Positions 50,315 to 61,910 of a stretch of DNA of 64,000 bases are shown here, piece by piece; positions within the stretch are counted from its first letter, which is position 1, and each line of letters starts with the position of its first letter. The notes under the pieces are model-generated. The model searched no databases and had not been told where the DNA came from. It was given only the letters and a program-made list of their open reading frames with translations. Origin of the DNA: Azolla caroliniana (lineage: Eukaryota > Plantae > Polypodiophyta). The DNA is taken from assembly GCA_043228905.1 (NCBI GenBank), contig JBHGNT010000004.1, forward strand, positions 17,546,001 to 17,610,000. Reading direction: 5' to 3'. The translations under genes and the position numbers were made by a program.

Positions 50315-51799
50315 CAACAGTTATGCACATACAAAAATATGACAACAACAACCACATTGAGTGATTGCCCTAAGTCATATTTATACTTATATGAACTTAG
50401 AGCTATTTACAAATATAGCCTCAATAGGCTTACTCAAAACATATTTACAAATATGTCTTCTCTTCTGGTTCTCACCGGGTCCATCCGATCCGGTTTCCAG
50501 ATCTCTTCCGGTTCTCACTGGGTCCTCTTCATTCATAATCGGATCCCATTTGGAGGGACTGATTTCCCAACAATATCTACTTGGCTTGGAACCCTATGTT
50601 CCACGCGCGGACTAAACACATCGAAGTACACTATCACTTGATCCGCTAGCGTGTACAAGTCAGAGATATCGACCTACAACACAACAACATGAATCTTTAA
50701 GTGGCCGACATCTTCAGAAAAGCCCTGGGTATTGACAAGCTGCGGCAGTTCGTGACGAACCTTGGCCTCTCGCTCACCGACCAGCCGCGCTTTAGGGGGA
50801 GTACAATAGCAACCGATGCCAAACAGTAACTGATCAATTGATCGAAGCTGACTAGAGGATTCGAAGTATGGTCAAACTTTAACAATCGAATAGCCGAACA
50901 CGGAGAATCGAAGAATCGAAATCATAAGCCATGTCAACTAGCCTTCTGAAAGTCGAAACTTGATTCAGCCAAATCAAAGCCTTTCGAGGATCGAACTGAA
51001 CCAATTTTTTGATATCTGGAAGTTTTGTTCAAAGGGGCGTGTTGAGAATCAAACTCAATTTCCCATAGGGACAGTGTTCACACTAGTCAATGGAAAACTT
51101 ACTAGGATAGATTTGTAATTATTAGAAAGAGTATTTGCCCTAGACTAGTTGGTATTTAAACCAACCATTTGTAACTGAGTAACTGTTGGATGTAATATAC
51201 AGTTTTCTTGCTCATTATATAGCGCTTTCAAAAGCTATTTTATCAAGTAAAAATAGTGATGCCTCGTTTAGCATGCGCTTAAACCTTATCCTCACATGTA
51301 TGCCTAAAGCTAACAAATGTTCATAGACATATTCATGTTTAATGCTCAAACCCTTAGCTTTATTGTGCTCGTGGCTAGATCTTATTATTTGAGTTATGTG
51401 TTGTTGCTGACTTAGTCTTCATCTCCTCACTTTTCTTTCTATTGACATCTTCGACCAAAATCTTGACTTACATTGTAAAACTTGAGATTCTTGCACTTTT
51501 CTCCCTTTGAATACTAGATCTTATCATTTGAGTTATGTGTTGTTGTTGACTTAATCTTCATCTCCTCACTTTTCTTTCTCTCGACATCTTTGATCAAAAT
51601 CTTGACTTACATTGTAAAACTTGAGATTCTTCCGCTTTTCTCCCTTTGCATCTACCATATCACAATGATGTGCAAAAAATCATACTCGATAATGTACATG
51701 ACAATCACCAAGGATTACTTGTCCATAATCGGTAACCTAATGATTCGGTTGATGATGAAGGAGAGCTAAGTAGGCTGCCAATTATTGCCACATGTATAA

Positions 51800-52153
51800 T
51801 CTAGCCTTCAATTGTGTACTTAATTGCTAGTGATTTAGAGATACAATTGATACAAATTTCACATGTTTCTCCAATAGCCGTGTCTAAGCCGGTACTGATG
51901 CATCTTGCATGGTTGCTCCTATCAAGTTTTTCTAACGACAATGAGTTACCCATTCCTTTGTCCATGTTCTTGTTAGGCTTTGTTCGGAGATTCAAAAGCT
52001 TGTCAATGCTGAAAGCGCTTGTCGGCTGTAGAGGATCTTCAACCCTTGTGATGTGATACCATATAAAAGAATAGCGTGTGGATGCTAATACACAAGACAT
52101 AGTCGGACACCTGTAGACAGTTAGATATTCACAGAAGATGGAAGATACACAAT

Positions 52154-52207
<54 letters not shown>

Positions 52208-52559
52208 AAACAACAAAACTTAATTCAAAATAATAACATTTTGTTCAAATGATGAACTCACTAAGCATCTTTTATACAAGTCCTCCAACGGACTGACAAA
52301 AGTACTGACAAGTACTTCAATGCTCACACGTGAGCTCTGACACTAAATGTCAATAGTATTCCTATTTACTAAAATAGGAATGTCGACCTCTAAAGGACAG
52401 TCGGCTCCCAACCGATCTGGTATTTGACGTCTTCAACCAATCTGGTATTCGGCTTCTCTGGCCGATCCTCCTCAATTGACTTGGCTATCGGCTTCTTTAG
52501 CACAATCCGGCTTATCGGCCTTTAGCCGATCTGGCTCATGTTGAGATTGTCTCTCAACA
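51800..52559 (-). mobile_element. Copia 5' LTR (~52062-52559), PBS and gag start remnant, related to 2666-4165
   Basis: TGTTGAGAG start on minus, PBS TGGTATCAC, gag 'MGNSLSLEKLDRSN'. Confidence 0.65.
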
Positions 52560-52839
52560 AGTGTAAAGCAAACAATCAAACTTAAATATAGAGGATCAAT
52601 TCGAAAATAAGGTCATCTACAAGATGGTCCTTGAGAACTACAACAACCTTGATGAGTCTATGGATAAGTATAATACGTTGGTTCGCTTCAACAACATGAT
52701 TAAAAATAATCCAATTGGTCTTGGTAGATCTCTCGGTAGTGTTCATGGTGTAGAATGTGACACCATGTATTAAATGAACGTTAAGTTTCCCAAATTGCCA
52801 TCTCAAGGAGGCATTTATGAAGCATGCATCGGGTTTTGA

Positions 52840-53660
52840 GACATCTTATTTAAAAAACAAGGACTTGAGGTTGTGGAAAGGTTTGTTCAAGCTAAAGCAA
52901 GCACCAAGAGCATGATACAAATGATTGATGGATTCGTCATGGCAAGCTTATTTAGGAGAATCTTGTTGTCACTAGACTTGGGTTAGATCAAGTAGTACTA
53001 AATAAGTTCAAAGGTCAATATAAAAAATCGGATTGTTGTGTGTCTTTCTAGGCTAGACATATATCAATGGAACTTGAAGATATTTTAGGTTAATACAAAG
53101 TATGCATGCTTAATTTTCATAGTGTTTAGGATGAAGGATTGTAAGGTCGATTCCACCCCAATGAAAGACTACATGCTCAATTTCACAATGATTGAGGTAA
53201 CCAAAAGAGTTGAAGACGGAGACTGGAAGATTGGAGAGAAGAAACAAATATACAACCCATGATTGGGAGTATCCTATATTTTTATACAATAGAAGACTAA
53301 GGTCAACCTACATGGTGGAAGTGCTGTCAGTTTTCATGATTGATTGAAGAAGCATCCAATGCAAGTTAGGAAGGAGTACCTAAATAGAACAATCAAATAT
53401 TGCATCAACGTTGGTTAAGGGATGAAGTTGATTTATCTAATAGAAGACTAGGGTAAACCTACATGGTGGAAGTGTTGCCGATTTTCATGATTGAATTGAA
53501 GAAGCGTTATCAACAAGCTAGGAACACATAAATAGAACAATCAAATATGGCATCAAAGTGGTTAAGGGAAGATGTTGAGCGGACATTATGAATTTGACTA
53601 AGCTTGCTTGGGATCCAAAAGCATAGAAGGTTGAACTCTAGATTTTGTTTCTCATAAAGG
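52840..53660 (+). mobile_element. Highly degenerate Copia RT remnant
   Basis: 'LKQAPRA', 'MKDCK..STPM'; internal ~150-bp duplication. Confidence 0.55.
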
Positions 53661-53876
53661 TTTTGAATGTTTGAGACAATGCTTCTAGAACCTTACCTCA
53701 AGTTCTCAATTGTTGAGGAGCAACCTAAGTCACCTCCTTTGACAGAGCTCGTGAATGGAGATTAGAATGAAAGAGGAAAAAGATGTCAACTTTGGTATCT
53801 CGTCAGGGTGACTCATCATGTTAGGCCACTTTGGAACTGTCCACACACCTATGATAATGCAAATCATGATGGAATC

Positions 53877-54767
53877 TAGGGATCGACAACGGCTCAGCTC
53901 AAGCTCAAACATCCCAAACTGTTTGGCTAAACTGACTTAAACCGGCTTAGAGGCTCGGCTCGGCTTAGGCTTGAGCTTGCCTTAACGGTTTGAGCTCGGC
54001 TTGGCTTAAGCCTCGCCAAACCGGCTCAAACCGGTTAAGCCGTTTAGAAACTTGAGATAGAGAAAGAGGGAGGGGGACTACACAGACGAGGAGAGAGAGA
54101 GAGAGGGAGACTACACAGAGGAGAGAGAGAGAGAGGGAGGGAGACTATACAAATGAGAGGGAGGAAGGGAGGGAGATAGGAGACTATAGATGAGAGAGAG
54201 AGAGAGAGAGAATATTTTTGAGTTCTTGAGGTATTGGGGGCTATGGTTCAATTGGAATATGCGGAATGCTTTCATTTTTTATTCGCAAGTTGGGGTGAGA
54301 AAATATGTTCTAAAGTTAAAAGGACTTCTTTTGTGGCAATTGACAGTGCTAGAGAAGTCATGAAATCTTAACCAGGAAGAGAGAGAACTTTGCAAGGTCA
54401 CATATCATCATATTCGTCATTTGAATTGGTGTGTAGGGTGGCATTGAGTTTGGTGTCGAAGTATTCTTTAGATCCGTAGAGAGAAGGGTTCTATACTTTG
54501 TAGTAAGTTAGTCATGGTGGTGTTTGTTGTTTCGTAATGAAAGCCATTATTTACGGAAAAAAAAGAGAGCTAGGGAGAGAGAGAGAGGGAGGGAGGTTTC
54601 CAAACCATTTGACAAGCCGGTTTTCAAGCCGTTTCCCAATCCGATTTAGCCTGGTTTAGGATCAGTTTGGTTCGGGTTTGAGAACCCCAAACCGGTTTAG
54701 GCTTAATTGGTTTGGTTTGGATAAGGCCAAATCGGCTAAGCCTAAACCGAACCGTTGCCGATCCCTA
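53877..54767. mobile_element. Non-autonomous hAT DNA transposon (891 bp)
   Basis: 16-bp TIR TAGGGATCG(A/G)CAACGG (15/16 match), perfect 8-bp TSD ATGGAATC, subterminal aaccg/gctcg repeats. Confidence 0.93.
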
Positions 54768-55219
54768 ATGGAATCCAAGAGTTCCATCCCCAATATCCCC
54801 AAAAACCTAGAGCTACATCAAACACAACATCGGAGGAGGAGATGACTCGTGGGCAGTAATGTCATATATTATAAGATTTTATCATAATGTCCCTTATGGG
54901 GTTGTAGGGCTGGTGTGCATGAAAATTCTTATTTTAGATCAAATCATGCACACTCCCAATGTATGGCTTCACAAGGTCAATGGTAACAATTTGTGCTATA
55001 TATACTAAGAAAAGCAAGGGATGCTACTAGTGGAAGAGTAAGAAAACCAACATTTTCTTAATACAAATCATAGCAATAAACTAAGCCATGCCTTCCAAGA
55101 GATCAAAGCAAAGGCTCACAATTTGCCATGACTAAGCAAAGCACATCCTTTTTTTTGTTTTATTCTAACTTGCTCTAAGGCCGGAAAAGTCGTTTGATCT
55201 AAACAATCGATTTAAGTAG

Positions 55220-56298
55220 CTATGATGATGTTGTCTTCTTCATGAAACCAATGGAGAAATCAATGACCTTCTGTGTTTCGGGTAGAACAGCGGCGATGGA
55301 TGATTGCTTGAAAGCATTGAGCCAACCATGGAGATGAGGAAACTTGTCTTCGAAGGGGATCTTAAACTCTCCCAACACTTCGGCGGCCGGGTACAAGCAG
55401 ACCAGTGGAGCAAACATTATGTCTACGAGCCCCATCTTCTCCCCTCCGAAGAATGGCAAACCTCCCGATATCTTTCCCAATGCTTCATTCAACGTTTCCA
55501 AAGAGCCCATTAGATTCTCTACCCCGGCCTTTTTTGCATCGCCTTGTGATTTCACAGCCGCAAATAGTCCTTCAAATACCTGTCACGAAGCATTTTTCAT
55601 GAGATTTTCAACGAGAGAAGACCGATTACCAATGACCTTTAAATTAAACCAAGAGTTCTCAAACATTTTAGAGAGATTTGTGTCCGATCACGAAAGAGAC
55701 TTTCATCTTGAAAACACAATTAATTGTCATCCAAATCTCATTGACTGCGTTAATTCTTCAAGAGTTGAGCCCTCTCTTTCTCTCTCTCTTTCTCAAATTT
55801 GTTTTGTGTGTCAGATTAAATTAAGGGTTAAGCCAAATGGATGCATCCAAATTAATGTCCTCACATAGTCTTAAAACATTTGACTGAGTGAGCCCTCACT
55901 GTCTTCTCTAACAGATCTAGCTCTAGATGAAGAGTTTTTTTATGTTACAATAGATTCCTAACCTTCTTGTCCACGAAATCGGCCCAGAATCGAGCAGTGG
56001 CCCGGCCATAAGCATCTTCCGGAAGAAACCGATGATGGTAGTCATGGAAAGCTTCGTCGATGTATTGGACAATGATGGAGGACTCACAGATGGCTCTGTC
56101 GCCATGGAGGAGCACAGGGATCTTCTTGTACACAGGGTTGGAAGCCAACAAGAGGGGGCTCTTCTGAGACAAATCCTGTGGGAGCTTCTCATACTCGATC
56201 CCTTTCAGAGCCAAGGCGATCTCTACCCTCTGAGAGAAGGGGCTCGACCAGAAGCAAAGCAATTGGATCTTGTGCGTTTCCTGGTTCTTCTCCGCCAT
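55220..56298 (-). CDS. GSTU: Tau-class glutathione S-transferase, 2 exons, 231 aa, intact
   Basis: Exons 56298-55963 and 55579-55220 with a GT-AG phase-0 intron after 'FWADFVDKK' (the usual tau position); motifs 'WSSPFSQRV', 'NPVYKKIPVL', 'CESSII.QYIDE', 'FFGGE.MGLVD'. Confidence 0.95.
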
Positions 56299-57519
56299 AG
56301 CTAGGAAACCAAAACACACGCTTCTCTTCTCAACTGGCTCTAAATTCGGATTCACTCTCTATCTCTGTCTCTGTCTCTGTCTCTGTGTGTGCCTGTCCTT
56401 TGGATATGTATTGTGATGAGGATTCTGGAAGCAGGAGACGACTTTTTATTTTCCATTTGCAGGAAATCATTTGTTTGCATCCCAACAAAAGAAGAAGGTA
56501 TTCTCGAATGCATCCATCATCACCATCACCATCACCATCATCATGCATGCATGCATGCATGCATCATGCATTCAATGAGCATGCATGCACCCATGATCAT
56601 CATCATCTTGTGGGCTCTCTCCATGATCATATTAATCCCTTCAATAGAGAGGGACTGACTATTGGCCTATCAATAGAACTCTTGCAAGACTCACACTTTG
56701 GGAAAGAACCACCATGAATGTATAGTAAGTTTTAAAAAAACACATCGTCATGCCAATTGAATTGATTATAATCTTTGCAATACACATGACTGAATTGATT
56801 ATAATCTTTGCAAGAACTCTTTGACATATTACGAGGGATGATCAGGAACAATATGACTTTAGGAATTTTTTTATGAATTCATCTACAGTGAAATCATTAC
56901 GAATGTAATCAAAGAATAATTGGATTTGTTAACGTTTTTTAGACGGTAGTTGCCATTAGCAGCAAACAATAGGAACCTAAAAATATCTCATTTTGATGGG
57001 CAAAAGCATGCTCTCCTAGAGGGGTGTCAATAAGAACATCAATATAAAGCATCTACCTAATTTCCTTGTCTTCTTGGACTAGACACAATCATGAAATAGA
57101 AATGCAAAAGAAACTTTTCCAACTGGTATTCTAAAAACATATAAAATTTTATGATCATTGTGTAGACAATGATTCGTTATGTAGAACCTTCTAGGAGGTA
57201 GCACTAGCAATCAACAACGATTCAATTTGAGCTGAACTAAACCATATAAATCGTGGCTAAAAAAACTTAATTCTTTGAACAATTCGGTACAATTTAGGTT
57301 TGAATGTTTTGAAATGGTTCGATCTTGGTTGGGTTGAGTTCAGGTTGAGCTTTTATCAACTTAACTATTATAGTTTAAATGGCTTAACGATTTGGGGCTA
57401 TCATCTATGGCACTTTGTTGAACATTTTCTCTTAAATAGACATTTTAAGGCAATTTTTTACATTTTAGGAAACCTTTGAATCCTTATTTGAAGTTGAACT
57501 TAAGAAATCACAGCCTTGT

Positions 57520-58560
57520 AACTTTCAAAAAAGGCATCCAACGAAATCCAACATCCCTTCCCCAACCCAAAATCCCACCAATTTATGGCAATTAATAATA
57601 GCACCTGAAATGCACAGAAATCATGGATCAGAGATTTCTGTCATCTCCTACGACATACAATGTTGTGTCATCTTCAAATTCATAGTCTAACACAACCTCA
57701 TCCACACCTTGCCATTATATACCTTTCAGAGATACAATGTTCTTATTCAAGAATGCACTAAAGGCTTCTCCTACGAATAGAAATAAATATGGAGCCAAAG
57801 GACATCCTTGTCTCACCGATCTAGTAATCAGGAAATTATTACCTAGTTCTCCTCCAACAAGAACTCAACTAGATATTGAATTATATAATGCAAAATAGCT
57901 TTAACCTAGGCAAGTGGAAGACCTAGATGGCCCATAACATCAGTTATAACATCCCAATACTCTAGAAAGAATTCTAGTGATAATCCATTAGTTCTTGGGC
58001 ATACATTCTTCCGAACATCCAACAATGCAACTCTTACCTCTACAGAAGATATTTCCTTTGCCAATGCTTCAGCCATCTCATTTGAGACCTTATGTTCCAA
58101 ACAATCCAAAACTACTTTTCTTTTTTTGAGTTATTGTTGGGCTATTAGTATATTTTTATAAAAATTTGTAGCAATGTCTCCCATTTCATTAGCATCCTTT
58201 GTAATAGACCCATCTTCCCCTTGAAATTGTCTCATACACCTACTTGAATGACCACCTTTATAATATGCAAAAAATTCAAAATTAACATTATCAACTTATC
58301 GAATCCACTTTGTAGGAGCAACATGAAACTTTATGTGAAAGATCTTATCTTCTAAACATACTAATTTATTTCTTAAATGACCCAACTCCAGCTCAACCCA
58401 GGACGCATGTGGGCCTTTTTCCTGAAAATGCCTCAAAGCCCTCCTACGCATGTGGCATAGTTTGAGGTTGGGTTATCTCCTTGTAACTTTCGAAATTTAT
58501 TGATGGTGGTTCTCACACCATCCATATGTCCAAAACAAACTTGAAACCCTTAATAAACTC
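57520..58560 (-). mobile_element. Degenerate L1-like LINE RT remnant
   Basis: 'KNVCPRTNGLSLEFF' (KSPG.DG-like), 'RSVRQGCPLAPYLF', 'EFEDDTT'; internal deletion. Confidence 0.7.
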
Positions 58561-58573
58561 ATCAAAATGATAA

Positions 58574-59460
58574 TGTAGGGGACCTTCTCTCCATTAATGA
58601 AATTTTCAGATGTGGAAAATGCACATGAGGAGAGAAGTCAAACTCGGTATATCTAAATGGTTGAAGGATAGGGCAACACAAGGGTATGAGAAGAGGGACA
58701 TGGAATGTTATGAAATTAAATATAATAAAAGGGCTTAGCTCAATTCATAAGAGTTTATACAATGAATGATACTGTGAATGGAAGGTCAAGGGTTTGAGTC
58801 TTGTTTGGACTAAAGAAGATCAAGTGGACATCAATAAGATGAATGGATGGAGATATTATGATCGGCATTTCTCCTCGCATTTGGTGCTTGAGGAAAAAGA
58901 ATGCATGTAAGGTGGAAATGAAAAGCGAGGTGCATGCTAAATAAAGAAAATTGCACGCATTATGTTTATTTTCGTGCGGTGCTCAAAGGCCTATAAAAGG
59001 GTGAGGAAAGCTCATTGCGAAGGGCGATTTCGGATCAAGTCAGAAGCACTACTAGAATTCTGAATAGACTCAAGATTGTGAATCAAGGAAGGGCAACGAT
59101 AAGAGGCGACGTGGTTGTTGTCTGTTGTGACATTGCACCAAAACTCAAAGATTTCCTCTCAAAGCTCCATGAATTCTCTATCTCTAACAATTTATCTTAA
59201 AATTTTCATTTTTAACCATCCTATTAACAAAGTAAATCTCATTGTATTTGATTCAACCTATCAATTTAATTTATTTAGTGTTTTAGTATTCATTTATAAC
59301 TACTTTCAATTATCTATTATCTAGTATTAATCGTATTCAAATAGGGATTGTGATGGAATTTTCGACTTGGAAATGTGAGCTTGGGACGTGTAGTTCCACG
59401 AATTCGGGCTTAATTGACAAAATGCGGAACTCAAATTGTCATCTTAGCAAACTCACTACA
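58574..59460 (+). mobile_element. Probable solo LTR containing a tRNA-like module (58736-58800)
   Basis: TGTAG...CTACA ends, TATA-like ctataaaag at ~58991; no TSD found. Confidence 0.45.
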
Positions 59461-59839
59461 CCAACATGAATTTCATCTTGACGGTTGTGATGGAATTTTT
59501 GGATCTCGATTCCAACCTCCCAGCTCTATGTACCCAGAAATTGTTCGGACAATGGGAGTCGAACCTGCTACCTCAACCAAGGCCAACATTCCGTCCACCA
59601 GATGACACCCAAGGAAGAGGAATAAAAACATAAATTGAATATTCCCTACCTCATTGTTGTTAGTTGTTGCCATCATCGGTTGTCACCGTTTGCCATTGCT
59701 CGCCGCCATCTTGTGTCGGCACGTTTACATCTCCTGCCATTCGATGATTGTCATCCTCTACCACCTAGTCTATTTCTCTTGCTCTTCACATGCGTTGCAT
59801 ATAGTGTGATTCCTTCAAGATGTGATGACATATTAAGAG

Positions 59840-61140
59840 GGGGATACACTCAAACACACGGAGTCAACTATGAGGAGACCTTTGCCCCAATGGCAAAGAT
59901 GACGACTGTGTGGACAGTCATTGCACTCGTAGCTGCGAGAGTGTAACACTTCCATCAAATGGAAGTGAAGAACACTTTTCTTTAAGGCGAATTAGAAGAG
60001 GATTCATGAATCCACCACCTGGTTTCAAATCGACCGAGCATCTGACCGCAGTCTGCCGACTCAAGAAGCTATTGTACAGAATCAAGAAGCCAACATTCGA
60101 AGATCACCTAGTATCGTCACCAAATCAGCTTCTGAATGTCAAAATAAGACAACTCCCTCTATGTGAGCAACAATTCTGGAAGCCCAATTATGATCATCTT
60201 GTATGTGGATGATTTGGTAATCCAAGGAGAAAACTTGATCAATATCAATAGAGTCGAATCGCTCTTGTCTGGTCGATTTGAAATGAAAGACATGCACGAG
60301 CTCCATTACTTCCTCTGTATAGAAATAATTCGGACACAAGTCAGGATAACACTACATTCTCAACTTGCTCTACAAGTTTGGGATGAGTGAGTGCAAACCT
60401 GTGTCAACCCCTCTCGATCGAAACCTAAAGCTCAATGCCGACTCTGGAACAAAAGAGTGTGGGCCTACTCAGTATCGGCAGCTTAATCTATCTTACCATC
60501 ACACGACCCGACCTTAGCTATCCGGTCGGACTGCTTAGCCAATTCATGCAAAAACCTCGGGATGTTCATTTGGATTGCGCTAAGAGAGTACTTAGGTACA
60601 TGAATGGGACGATGGATTGTGGCCTCATGTATAAGTCGAACACGATCGTTCGACTCGACGGGTACACAGATGCAGATTGGGCCGACTACAAGGCTAACAG
60701 TTGATCGACTTCGGGATTTGCCTTCTCCCTCGGCAACGGAGCCATCTCTTGGAGCAGCAAAAGGCAGTCGATAGTTGCATTGTCGAGCACAGAATCCGAA
60801 TATAGGGGCGCAACCGTCGCCGCATGTGAAGCCATATGGCTGAAAAGAATATTGAAGGATTTGGGCGTTCCTATCAAGGACCCAATCCTCCTTTACTCAA
60901 CATGAGCAATATTCATTTGGCTAGGAACACAGTGTTCCACAAGCACATGAAGCATATCAAAGTGCATTATCACTTCATCCGAGAGCGCGTTCAGGCTGGA
61001 GATGTCGACCTGCAACACATCAACACAAACCTTCAAATCGTTGACATCTTCACCAAAGCCTTAGGAGTCGAGAAGCTCAGCAATTCATGACAGACCTTGG
61101 TCTAATGCTAGCCGCATAGCGAGCTTGAGGGGGAGTACAA
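59840..61140 (+). mobile_element. Copia RT/RNase H remnant of the Copia A family
   Basis: 'YEETFAPMAKM', 'ILYVDDL', 'TRPDLSY', 'YTDADWA', 'KHIKVHYHFIRE'; closely resembles 41050-42170. Confidence 0.9.
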
Positions 61141-61273
61141 CACAACATAGCAACCAATCAATCGATCGAAGTAGCCCAAGGGGAGTGGAAGCAAACAAGT
61201 TAATCAAACAAGGAGCACCAAGTCTCTCTCTTTTCATCTCTCTCTCTCTTTGTCTTTTGGTGTTTTTTTTTTA

Positions 61274-61539
61274 TCGTAATTAGCTTACCCTAATGGTAAG
61301 TTGTTACACTACAAGCACTACGACTTGGGTTCAAATCCCAAATTTCTCACCTCTATTATATACTTCGTAATTACTTAATTCACTAGATGCCAACCCCCCC
61401 CCCCCCCCCCCCCCCCCCGGCTCTCTCTCTCTCTCTCTCTCTCTCGTAGTTGCCTTACCCTAGTGGTAAGTTATTAGCACTACAAGCACTGCGTTGTGGG
61501 TTCGAAACCCAACTTCCTCACCTCTCTATTATATACTTC
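61274..61539 (+). repeat. Two tandem tRNA-derived (SINE-head-like) units, 61274-61366 and 61444-61539
   Basis: TACCCTA(A/G)TGG and GGTTC(A/G)AA(T/A)CC boxes 43-44 nt apart; T-stem TTGGG/CCCAA; shared tail 'cacctct..attatatacttc'. Confidence 0.65.
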
Positions 61540-61564
61540 TTATCTCTCTCTCTCTCTCTCTCTC

Positions 61565-61598
<34 letters not shown>

Positions 61599-61761
61599 CG
61601 TCTTACACACATAGTTCCTTCCATTGCACAAGGTCATCTACACTCTCTATAATTTTCTTTACAGTTATTTTACATTGATTTAGCTTGAAGCTATGGTCTA
61701 ATAGCTAATTATCTAATTGATATTGTCTATTAATGGTTAATTATATAAATGACAATTAGAG

Positions 61762-61910
61762 TAGCTAATTAGCTAAAGCTCATTTAGCTTGGTTGGAACT
61801 TCCAACTAGCTAATTAGCTAAAGTTCATTTAGCTTGGTTGGAACTTCCAACTAGCTAATTAGCTAAAGCTCATTTAGCTTGGTTGGAACTTCAACTAGCT
61901 AATTAGCTAA
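61762..61910. repeat. 45-bp tandem repeat (3.3 copies) built from palindromes
   Basis: Unit tagctaattagctaaagctcatttagcttggttggaacttccaac at 61762, 61807 and 61852. Confidence 0.9.

Larger units (their letters stand above)
42174..50572 (-). mobile_element. Ty1/Copia element E (Tnt1/Tork-like) nested in the RNase H of Copia A
   Basis: LTRs 42174-42668 and 49341-50572; perfect TSD ATATC; PBS TGGTATAAGAGC (49326-49337); PPT AAGGGGG (42673-42679); gag 'MFKLTGSNYSVWKSKM', 'CFYCGKPGHF', integrase, RT 'KWVYKLK', RH 'TKHIQRRYHWIRE'. Confidence 0.93.
20625..51183 (+). mobile_element. Host Ty1/Copia element A, fragmented by nested insertions
   Basis: LTR segments 20625-20768 and 51040-51183 are highly similar; PPT aaaggggcg before 51040; PBS TGGTATCAAAGC at 24407; gag/PR 24430-25718, integrase 38392-38900 and 40189-40640, RT/RH 40860-42173 and 50573-50790 rejoin when the inserts are removed. 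Confidence 0.8.

Noticed and set aside
55945-56355. Longer GST N-terminus from the ORF track
   Set aside because: Relies on a non-ATG start; the ATG at 56298 gives a typical tau GST
61762-61910. CRISPR-like array
   Set aside because: Head-to-tail repeats without unique spacers, no cas genes, and a eukaryotic context
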